64,000 nt of DNA from an uncultured virus (IMG/VR IMGVR_UViG_3300013621_000001) (Duplodnaviria; Heunggongvirae; Uroviricota; Caudoviricetes): the IMG/VR virus record IMGVR_UViG_3300013621_000001. One strand, 5' to 3'. Of this stretch, positions 57,101 to 64,000 are shown piece after piece. A program made the translations under genes and the position numbers. Position 1 is the first letter of the stretch; each line of letters starts with the position of its first letter. Under the pieces are notes generated by a model. The model had not been told where the DNA came from. It did not search any database and worked only from the letters and a program-made list of their open reading frames with translations.

Positions 57101-59108
57101 CGAGGCGACGTATCACGGCCTCGCCGGTGGTGACTACGTGCCGTTCGAGGGCATCTGTCTGACCGACACCTTCCAGATGTACGAGAAGGAGGATCTGGTG
57201 GATCAGCTGCTGGTGGACAACAGTGCACGGCGTAAGCGGCAAAAGCAACTGGATATCCGGGTGATTGTGGGCAATCCGCCGTATTCGATTGGACAGGGCA
57301 GTCAGAACGACAACAACCAGAATGTCAGCTACCCAACGCTGGATCGACGAATTGCCTCAACTTATGCGGCTCGCTCAGAGGCCACCAACTCAAAAGGGGT
57401 TTACGACAGCTATATCCGCGCCATCCGCTGGGCGAGTGATCGCATCGGCAGCGCCGGCATCATCGGCTTCGTCACCAATGCCGGCTGGCTGGAAGCCAAC
57501 ACCGCCGACGGCCTGCGCAAGTGCCTGGCAGAAGAGTTCTCGGACATCTACGTGTTCCACCTGCGCGGCAACCAGCGCACCAGTGGCGAAACCTCGCGCA
57601 AGGAAGGCGGCAAGATTTTTGGCAGCGGCAGTCGCGCCCCCATTGCTATCTCGCTGCTGGTGAAGAACCCGCAGGCCAGCGAATACGGCCGCATATTCTT
57701 CCACGACATCGGCAACTACCTAAGCCGCGAGGAAAAGCTAGAGAGGATCGGCAGCTACGCCAACCTCGAAGGCGTTCCAACTTGGCAAGAAATCACGCCG
57801 GACGAACATGGCGATTGGCTCAGCCACCGAAATAGTGATTTCGAGAAATACATTGTCTTGGGAGTAAAGCAGGGCGACTATCCTCGAGTATTCGAAGCCT
57901 ATTCTCAGGGTATTGTCACGTCACGCGATGCGTGGTCGTACAACTTCAAGAGGAGCACCCTAGAGAAAAACATTCAACGCACGATAGATTTTTTTAATGC
58001 AGAGGTTGGAAGACTGGATGAGCTACTTCCGAGGGAGGACAGAAAAGGTCGGGAGGCGAGCCTTACGGACTTCTTGGACGCTGATACCACACGAATCAGC
58101 TGGAGTCGCGCATTAAAGAATGAGCTTGTAAGAGGTCGCGAGATTGATTTCTTTAGCGAAGATGTCAAGTTTAGTCTCTATCGCCCTTTTACAAAGCAAT
58201 ACGTCTACTTGAACCGCAAGCTTTGTGAGTATGCGGGAATGATGCCGGCCGCGTTTCCTCGCGGAGAAAGTAACTTGTTCATTTGCGCAAGCGGCAGAGG
58301 AGCCGACGCATTCTCCGTTTTGATGGCAAATGAGCCAATTGACTTCCAAACCCTGTTCAATGGTCAATGTTTCCCTCGTTACCTCTACGACGAAGCCGCC
58401 AAGCATTCTGATGACGGCTTGTTCTCTAACGAATCCAGCGACAGCCCGCGCCGCCGCGACGCCATCACCGATGCCGGTCTGGCGCATTTCGCCCGTGTCT
58501 ATCCGGACGAGACGATCAGCAAGGAAGACCTGTTCTATTACATCTACGGCATCCTGCATTCGCCTGACTACCGCGAACGCTATGCCGACAACCTGGGCAA
58601 GGAGCTGCCGCGCATACCGCGCGTGCGCACTTCCGCTGACTTCTGGCATTTCAGCAAGGCCGGCCGCGAACTGGCCGCACTGCACTTGAACTACGAAACC
58701 ATCGAAAAGTACCCGCTCACGATCCAGACCAAGGGACCGCTCACCGACGCCGACTATCGCGTCGAGAAGATGAAATTCGCCAAGAAGAAAGACCCGGAGA
58801 CTGGCAAGAACGTCAACGACCGCAGCACCGTGATCTACAACACCAAGATCACCCTGAGCGGTATTCCCGAAGCGGCATGGGACTACGTGATCAACGGCAA
58901 GGCCGCACTGGACTGGGTGATGGAGCGTCAGGCAGTGCGCGTGGACAAGGCCAGCGGCATAGTCAACGACGCCAACGACTGGGCTATCGAAACGATGGGC
59001 AACCCCAAATACCCGCTGGAACTGTTCCAGCGGGTGATCACTGTCAGCCTGGAAACCCAGAAGATCGTCAACGCATTGCCGGCGCTGAATATTCACCCGG
59101 AGGGCTGA
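54195..59108 (+). CDS. Type ISP single-polypeptide restriction-modification enzyme, 1637 aa
   Basis: Mrr-like D.GIDL...IQCK nuclease; SF2 helicase MACGTGKT/DEAH/QSVGR.MR; MTase DPFTGTG and NPPY; C-terminal TRD with YRPF.K and LPRIP. Confidence 0.93.
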   Translation: MTTPLQGLLESLRQSSQTEREKGTYFEELIVAYLRHEASYRDLYSNVWPWAQWALANGFSGKDDGIDLVAEVAGTGEIHAIQCKFYAPDYKLQKKDIDSFFTASGRKPFARRIIVATTDHWSDNAENALVDQQPPVSKITLHDLEASQIDWSRFQPSAPVVLKQKKALRPHQENALKATMVGLAEADRGKLIMACGTGKTFTSLKIAEAMAGNGKRVLFLVPSLSLLSQTLTEWTQESAIPLHSFAVCSDSDVGKKKGRKDDDAVQTFAHELRYPATTDAKRLAQGVAARHDGEHMTVVFSTYHSIEVLHDAQHAHGLDDFDLIVCDEAHRTTGATFEGDDESAFVRVHDAAYLRAAKRLYMTATPRIYGNEAKAIAERDNATLYSMDNEDWYGKQLFVISFSEAVKRGLLVDYKVIVLAVEEAHVNRRLQALLKDENNTLKVDDAAKIVGCWKALAKLGLHEDGSDTPEPMKRAVAFCQVIEPGKGGKTHKVSSREIAGMFQAVVEAYQDAEDIEEGARLTCQAKHVDGGMNAGKKEARLDWLKASTPPDTCRILSNVRCLSEGVDVPALDAVLFLTPRNSQVDVVQSVGRVMRNAPGKQRGYVVLPVVIPAGVEPHEALNDNKTYAVVWQVLQALRSHDDRFDAMVNKLDLVGPDRSKMEVVAIADTVQRKTARLVDSSAKAAKAKGQYAIGEKAERYGPAPDQIGFEFEVGQIERALYAKVVEKCGNRHHWEDWANDIAKIAQTHIDRIKAVLEDASQPKAREAFDAFAHELRDDLNDKVSDGEIIEMLAQHLITKPVFDALFADYSFASHNPMSKAMQAVLDVLHEENLGKEADTLERFYGSVKLRAEGIDSAQGKQKIIVELYDKFFRNAFPKMTERLGIVYTPVEVVDFILHSVNHLLQQEFGQTLGSKGVHILDPFTGTGTFITRLLQSGLIKPEELAHKYRHEIHANELVLLAYYIAAINIEATYHGLAGGDYVPFEGICLTDTFQMYEKEDLVDQLLVDNSARRKRQKQLDIRVIVGNPPYSIGQGSQNDNNQNVSYPTLDRRIASTYAARSEATNSKGVYDSYIRAIRWASDRIGSAGIIGFVTNAGWLEANTADGLRKCLAEEFSDIYVFHLRGNQRTSGETSRKEGGKIFGSGSRAPIAISLLVKNPQASEYGRIFFHDIGNYLSREEKLERIGSYANLEGVPTWQEITPDEHGDWLSHRNSDFEKYIVLGVKQGDYPRVFEAYSQGIVTSRDAWSYNFKRSTLEKNIQRTIDFFNAEVGRLDELLPREDRKGREASLTDFLDADTTRISWSRALKNELVRGREIDFFSEDVKFSLYRPFTKQYVYLNRKLCEYAGMMPAAFPRGESNLFICASGRGADAFSVLMANEPIDFQTLFNGQCFPRYLYDEAAKHSDDGLFSNESSDSPRRRDAITDAGLAHFARVYPDETISKEDLFYYIYGILHSPDYRERYADNLGKELPRIPRVRTSADFWHFSKAGRELAALHLNYETIEKYPLTIQTKGPLTDADYRVEKMKFAKKKDPETGKNVNDRSTVIYNTKITLSGIPEAAWDYVINGKAALDWVMERQAVRVDKASGIVNDANDWAIETMGNPKYPLELFQRVITVSLETQKIVNALPALNIHPEG

Positions 59109-59151
59109 AACGCTTCCGGATATGCCGTGCACACGTTGATCCGTTCATCCC

Positions 59152-59183
59152 AAGACAAGGGCCTCGCGCCCTTGGTCTTTTTC
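59152..59183 (+). terminator. Intrinsic terminator after the R-M gene
   Basis: AAGAC-AAGGGC...GCCCTT-GGTCTTTTT. Confidence 0.55.
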
Positions 59184-59194
59184 AAGGGCTTTAA

Positions 59195-59734
59195 GTGATT
59201 CGCTACAAACCTCCTTCCAGAAGAAAAATTGCCCAACAACTCGCGCGTGCGGGTGCGGACGTTAACCAGCAGATCGGGGGATCGCTATGGATTTCCTCGA
59301 ACCTGCAGGGGGTTGGCATCGCCAAGCTGGGCGCTGATGATTTGGGGCATCTGCGCGAAGCAAGGAACATGCTAGACAAAGCGCTGGGCGAGCTAGCAGC
59401 CATGGGTGCACCCTTTGCTTCCAAGCTTCCACATAACTTCCCTATGAACCTGCAGGAATCCGAGCAGCCACTAGGCTGGTTGAATCCGGACGTTATTGAA
59501 CCCATCGCACGTGCCGCTTGGCATTTGGATTTTTGCATCGACACTTACCGCCCTGGAAAGAGCAGCGCTCATCATCAATTCTGGAAGGAGCTAAATCGTT
59601 ACTTTGAGGTTGAAGGAATAAAAGCCACCTTCAGCTCATCCAGCCCTATTGTGATGATATTTGCCGAATGTACTGGGCTGACCCCAGAATCGGCCTACCA
59701 CGCAGCCAAGAAATTTCGCAAGGTACAAAAATAG
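59195..59734 (+). CDS. Hypothetical low-GC protein upstream of alpA, 179 aa
   Basis: GTG start; only long ORF in the interval. Confidence 0.6.
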   Translation: MIRYKPPSRRKIAQQLARAGADVNQQIGGSLWISSNLQGVGIAKLGADDLGHLREARNMLDKALGELAAMGAPFASKLPHNFPMNLQESEQPLGWLNPDVIEPIARAAWHLDFCIDTYRPGKSSAHHQFWKELNRYFEVEGIKATFSSSSPIVMIFAECTGLTPESAYHAAKKFRKVQK

Positions 59735-59816
59735 AGATTTCCTGGCGATCTTACCCCCTGACTGGGGCACGTCAAAAAATCACCATTGTCTGCGTTGAAC
59801 CACATGGAACGCAGCT

Positions 59817-60020
59817 ATGCCCCGCAAGACGTTACTGCGCCTCCCCGGCGTTGAAGACAAGATGGGCCTTCGTAAGTCCCAGATTTATGCACTCATCAAA
59901 GCAGGTGCCTTTCCGCCACCCGTGAAGCTGTCCGAGCGTTGCAGCGCATGGGTGGAATCCGAGCTGGACGAATGGATCGAAAGCCGCATTGCGGCTTCGC
60001 GGAAGGAGGCTTCTGCATGA
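59817..60020 (+). CDS. alpA: AlpA-family regulator / recombination directionality factor, 67 aa
   Basis: LLRLP.V....GL.KS.IY.....G.FP.PVKL......W.ESE...WI. Confidence 0.92.
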   Translation: MPRKTLLRLPGVEDKMGLRKSQIYALIKAGAFPPPVKLSERCSAWVESELDEWIESRIAASRKEASA

Positions 60021-60394
60021 TCCAGAAACGACGAGGCCCCGGCGGGAACCGGGGCCATGCACACGCTGGCAGGCTGGGTGCACGGCAAGTTTACGGTAAG
60101 AATGGCCTGAACAGCGCGCGCCTGCCTGAGAACTGGCGGGACCGGCTGCCCGACCCCAGAAGCTACTATCACAAGCGTGTTGCCAAATTGGGCAAGGCGC
60201 AAGGCGATGGCTGGGCGCAGGGACAATGCCCTTTCCACGAAGACCGTAATGCCTCACTGAGTGTAAATCTGAGGCATGGCGGCTGGACATGCTTTGCCGG
60301 CTGCGATTCGGGCGACTTGGTGAGCTTCCATATGCGCTATACCGGTCTTTCGTTCAAGGCTGCAGCGCGCGAGCTGCTGGGGCTGCGGTCATGA
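60017..60394 (+). CDS. CHC2 zinc-finger protein (primase zinc-binding domain), 125 aa
   Basis: CPFHEDRNASL...W.CFAGC..GD. Confidence 0.85.
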   Translation: MIQKRRGPGGNRGHAHAGRLGARQVYGKNGLNSARLPENWRDRLPDPRSYYHKRVAKLGKAQGDGWAQGQCPFHEDRNASLSVNLRHGGWTCFAGCDSGDLVSFHMRYTGLSFKAAARELLGLRS

Positions 60395-62484
60395 GCGCCG
60401 TTTCTGTGGAAGCAGCCCGAACTGCTGCACGTCGGCTGGCTGACGGAGCGATTCGCCGGGGCATGCAACCGGTCGGGCTGCACGTCTACACCAGCGCCGA
60501 TGGTGCCCCGCTGTTCTGGCGCATCCGCTGCAAACATCCCGGCACGGGCGAAAAGTGGATTCGGCCGATGCACTGGAATGGCAGCGAATATGTCATTGGT
60601 GAGCCGCCTGCACCGGTTGCCGGGAAGTCGCTGTACCGCCTGCATGAGCTGGCAAGCGCCGGTGATGCAGCGACGGTGTACGTGGTCGAGGGCGAAGCCT
60701 GCGCCGATGCCCTGGCCGAGCTGGGCCTGCTGGCCACGACCAGTGGCGGCGCATCAAGTGCTGACGGTGCCGATTGGTCGCCGCTGGCGGGGCGATGTGT
60801 CCGCCTGTGGCCCGACCGCGACGAACAGGGCACCAAGTACGCTGCCGACGTGGAAGACCGCCTGCGCGCGCTGGGTAGCATTGTCGAGCGCCTCAACGTG
60901 GATGCCCTGGGGCTTCCCGCCAAGGGCGATTGCGTGGATTGGTTGGCGGTGCACCCAGGTGCTGATGCGGTCGCGGTGAATGCCTTGCCACTGGCAGATG
61001 CAGCGCGCGCGGCCAGTCAAGCGGAGCTACCCACCCCAGAGCCGCTACCCGATCCGCTGCCAGCAGTCCCGGTATTCAATCCGGCCCTGCTACCCGACTG
61101 CGTGCGCACTTGGTGCACCGACGCGGCCGACAGCCTGCAAGTGCCGCTGGACTTTACGGCAGTACCGGCGATGGTGGGCCTGGCGGCAGCGCTGGGTGGG
61201 CGGCAACTTGCTGTGCGGCTCAAAACCCATGGGCATTGGTACGAAAGGCCCATCCTGTGGGGTTGTGTGGTCGGGCGGCCGAGTAGCGGCAAAAGCCCAG
61301 CTTTGTCGCCAGCGCGCCGCCTGCTGGAGAGCGTCGTCGGCCCAGAGCGCGAAGAATACGAAAGGGCTCGCAAGGTGCACGAGGGCAAGGCGATCCTGGC
61401 TGATGCACGCAAAGCGCACGCCAAGGATGAGGCCCGCAAGGCCATCAAAAAAGGGATACCCATCGACCCCGAGGCCTTGGGCGAATCCGCCCGTTTCGAT
61501 GATGACGCGCCCACAGAACCCCGCCTAGTGGTCAACGATGCAACGGTGGAAAAGCTGGGCGAATTGTTGAACGAGAATCCGCGTGGGTTGATTCAGTTCC
61601 GCGATGAGCTGGCCGGGTGGCTGGCATCCCTGGACCGGGAGGGACGCGAGCAGGACCGCGCGTTCTGGCTGGAGTGCTGGAATGGCACTGGCCCGTATAC
61701 GTGTGACCGCATTGGCCGGGGAACTGTTCGCATTGAGGCGTGTGCGGTGTCGATCTTGGGCGGCATGCAGCCGGGCAAGCTGGTCGAGTACGTACGCGGC
61801 GCGGTGCGCGGTGGATTTTCCGACGATGGCCTGATGCAACGTTTCCAGTTAGCTGTTTATCCTGACCTGCCGGCATCCTGGCGCTACACCGACAGGCCGC
61901 TGGACCGGGAAGCTGAGGAACGCGCCCGTGCTGCGTTCAACCGGCTTCGCGCGCTGATCCCTGCGGACGTGGGGGCAGAGACCACCGAGGCCTGCGACAT
62001 GCCATTCCTGCACCTGTCCGAGGATGCCCAAGCGCTGTTCGTTGAATGGCAGACCGAGCTGATGCAACGGCTGCGCGCTGGCAGCGAGCCGCCCTTCATG
62101 GAATCGCACCTGGCCAAGTATCCCGCCCTGGCGGGCCGGCTGGCACTGGTGCTGCATCTGGCCGACAACGGCACCGGGCCAGTCTCCGCCGATGCCGTGC
62201 TCAAGGCTTTGGGCTGGTGCGAGCATCTGGAAAGACATGCGCGCCGCATCTATGCCCCTGCCACCGATAACGGACTGACCGCCGCCCACCTACTATTGCG
62301 CAAACGTGACAGCCTCGCCGATGGGTTCAGCGCCCGCGACGTGTATCGCAAGTGCTGGGCCGGCTTGAATGATCCGGACACCGTGACCGAGGCGCTGGCG
62401 GTGCTGTCCGACCACTACCATGTGATCGAGGTGGCCGAGACAACCGGCGGTCGCCCGTTCACATCCTACCGGTGGGTGGCATGA
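60391..62484 (+). CDS. Toprim plus DUF3987/YfjI-like primase-helicase, 697 aa
   Basis: VVEGE..AD and WPD.D..G Toprim motifs; GRPSSGKS Walker A; RDEL; DGLMQRF. Confidence 0.88.
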   Translation: MSAVSVEAARTAARRLADGAIRRGMQPVGLHVYTSADGAPLFWRIRCKHPGTGEKWIRPMHWNGSEYVIGEPPAPVAGKSLYRLHELASAGDAATVYVVEGEACADALAELGLLATTSGGASSADGADWSPLAGRCVRLWPDRDEQGTKYAADVEDRLRALGSIVERLNVDALGLPAKGDCVDWLAVHPGADAVAVNALPLADAARAASQAELPTPEPLPDPLPAVPVFNPALLPDCVRTWCTDAADSLQVPLDFTAVPAMVGLAAALGGRQLAVRLKTHGHWYERPILWGCVVGRPSSGKSPALSPARRLLESVVGPEREEYERARKVHEGKAILADARKAHAKDEARKAIKKGIPIDPEALGESARFDDDAPTEPRLVVNDATVEKLGELLNENPRGLIQFRDELAGWLASLDREGREQDRAFWLECWNGTGPYTCDRIGRGTVRIEACAVSILGGMQPGKLVEYVRGAVRGGFSDDGLMQRFQLAVYPDLPASWRYTDRPLDREAEERARAAFNRLRALIPADVGAETTEACDMPFLHLSEDAQALFVEWQTELMQRLRAGSEPPFMESHLAKYPALAGRLALVLHLADNGTGPVSADAVLKALGWCEHLERHARRIYAPATDNGLTAAHLLLRKRDSLADGFSARDVYRKCWAGLNDPDTVTEALAVLSDHYHVIEVAETTGGRPFTSYRWVA

Positions 62485-63023
62485 GCGCGTGGCGGGCCCG
62501 TCTGGCCGAGCTGACCGGCAGAAACGTCCTGCAAGCGCCATCCTGCCAACTGACAGAACTGCCAGAAGCCGCTTTTGTCAGTTCTGGCAGCGATCAGAAT
62601 GGGCATTGCAGAAGAAACGCAGGGGCGAATGACATGCGCTTGCACCTGCTGGCCCTGGCCGTGGATGAAGGCATGAATACCGGCTTGGTCCACGACCTTC
62701 CGGATAAGGAAGTGGCCGGCTGTGCCGGGCATAGCGACGTGACCTTGCGTGCTTACCTGGGCGCGCTGCAGGCCCGCACGTTTCTGGATCGCGGCATTGC
62801 CCCGCCAGCCTGGGGCGAGCCGGTGGCGGTCACCTGTGAGGGCTGCGGCCCGGTGCTGCTGTGGCCGGAGTGCCCGCCGATGGTGAAGGCTTGTCCGTGG
62901 TGCTTCCGCCGTAAAGCAGAAAAGCCCATTGCCCGGCCAATGAGGACGCTGCTGAGGGAAGATGCACAGAACTCCAATGGGTCGCCGTACTTCCTGCCGC
63001 GTGGGGCGAGTCATGATCGGTGA
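62481..63023 (+). CDS. Hypothetical protein with CxxC...CxxC, 180 aa
   Basis: ATGA overlap; CEGCGPV...CPWC. Confidence 0.65.
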   Translation: MSAWRARLAELTGRNVLQAPSCQLTELPEAAFVSSGSDQNGHCRRNAGANDMRLHLLALAVDEGMNTGLVHDLPDKEVAGCAGHSDVTLRAYLGALQARTFLDRGIAPPAWGEPVAVTCEGCGPVLLWPECPPMVKACPWCFRRKAEKPIARPMRTLLREDAQNSNGSPYFLPRGASHDR

Positions 63024-63639
63024 CGGTTACCTGAGCCGGGACAAGGCGCATTTGGCTGCCCTGCAGCGCGCGCGACGGGAAAGGATGCGACGCATCGACT
63101 ACATGCCGGGCCGCGATGCACACTCGGTGTTCGAAGCGCGGCAGGCGCAGGAGCGGCAAGACAGCGCCGAGGCGACCAACAGCGCGGTGCTGGATGCCAT
63201 TCTGATCGAGTGGGCCGAGCTGACCGGAATAAAGTACGGCCAAGTAGAACAGCCCAAGACTTCGGCACCAGAGCCGGAGTTTCGTGCCACCAACACGCGG
63301 GCGCGTATGACTTCGGAGCCGTTGCCGGAATTGTTTCCCCCATTGCGCGCGTGCGTGCGCGCGTATGACTCCGGACGCGCGGGTAACCACAAGATCACCG
63401 CAAGACTGGAAAAGCAGGCCGACAAGTGCGGGGCGGCTCGCCACCGTGACGGCCTGCCATGCCAGGCTAGACCAGAGCCAGGCAAACGACGTTGTCGCTT
63501 TCACGGAGGACGATCCACTGGCCCTACGACCGAGGCCGGCAAAGCCAAGGCGCAGGCAAACCTGCGGCAGAACCGGCCAGCCGAACAGCCCAAGCGGGAG
63601 CATCGTGGCGGTAACTTTGGCGGTAACTCGAAAGACTGA
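63013..63639 (+). CDS. HGGxSTG domain protein, 208 aa
   Basis: CGA..R.G.PC......GK.RCRFHGGRSTGP.T..GK. Confidence 0.82.
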   Translation: MIGDGYLSRDKAHLAALQRARRERMRRIDYMPGRDAHSVFEARQAQERQDSAEATNSAVLDAILIEWAELTGIKYGQVEQPKTSAPEPEFRATNTRARMTSEPLPELFPPLRACVRAYDSGRAGNHKITARLEKQADKCGAARHRDGLPCQARPEPGKRRCRFHGGRSTGPTTEAGKAKAQANLRQNRPAEQPKREHRGGNFGGNSKD

Positions 63640-63688
63640 ACGGACTTATTTCGCGCAGTTGCTACGTTTCAGGCCATAGTTTGATAGA

Positions 63689-63702
63689 GCCCACCCCACC
63701 AT
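63689..63702 (+). repeat. attR: displaced tmRNA 3' fragment with a 1-nt deletion
   Basis: GCCCACCCCACCAT versus GCCCACCTCCACCAT; preceded by arm repeats at 63607 and 63619. Confidence 0.72.
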
Positions 63703-64000
63703 TTGTAAGCAGTTCAGCTGTATCTTGCTGATTCTGTTGGGTTTTGGCAGGGCGCGATACCGAAAAACGATCTTTCCAAAAGGATCTTTTGAGGTATCGC
63801 CCCTTGCCCAAACCCTATCTTCTACGCCGACCTAGCGGACTTCATGTCCGCTTTCTTGTTCCTGTAGACCTGCGTGAGGCTATCGGCTCACGCTTCTTGG
63901 TCCGCCGCCTCCCCCCTTCTGCTGCTGACCTTGCCCGCCTCGTCGCGGCCCGCATGGCTGTGGCACTCTCCGAAGCATTCGAGCGCTGGAGAGGTAGCCG

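Larger units (their letters stand above)
52761..63702. mobile_element. ~10.9 kb satellite-like integrative element at the tmRNA 3' end
   Basis: Bounded by GCCCACCTCCACCAT (52747) and GCCCACC-CCACCAT (63689). The 19-mer GCGGTAACTTTGGCGGTAA occurs near both ends. Carries int, alpA and primase genes. Confidence 0.88.

Noticed and set aside
43052..59132. Long minus-strand ORFs opposite rdgC, int and the R-M gene
   Set aside because: Shadow ORFs of well-supported plus-strand genes

Overview
GC-rich Xanthomonadaceae DNA, probably Stenotrophomonas (tmRNA tag ANDDNYALAA). Two integrated elements flank one intact tmRNA gene (ssrA, 52407-52760). (1) Positions ~72-52400 hold most of a temperate podovirus-type prophage; its left end lies outside the window. 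The minus strand carries late and early-right genes: a giant PLxRFG polyvalent protein interrupted by an IS3-family element whose right end is 1-71, virion genes, N4-gp56-type capsid, portal, terminases, a fibre module, lysis genes, an initiator-like tRNA-Met, a Q-like gene, replication genes with iterons, cII-like and cro. The plus strand carries cI, an early-left operon with rdgC, xis and a tyrosine integrase, ending about 110 bp upstream of the tmRNA 5' end. (2) Positions ~52761-63702 hold a ~10.9 kb satellite-like island at the tmRNA 3' end: P4-type integrase, Type ISP restriction-modification enzyme, AlpA, CHC2 zinc finger, Toprim/DUF3987 protein and an HGGxSTG protein, closed by a 1-nt-deleted attR. 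The most notable signals are a phage stand-alone CapW/BrxR-like winged HTH lacking the WYL sensor, apparent prophage integration at the tmRNA 5' side, a candidate three-way-junction RNA between tRNA and holin, direct-repeat-flanked counter-oriented cassettes after cro, and a catalytically degenerate cell-wall hydrolase. Family assignments come from motif recognition by eye, not database searches.
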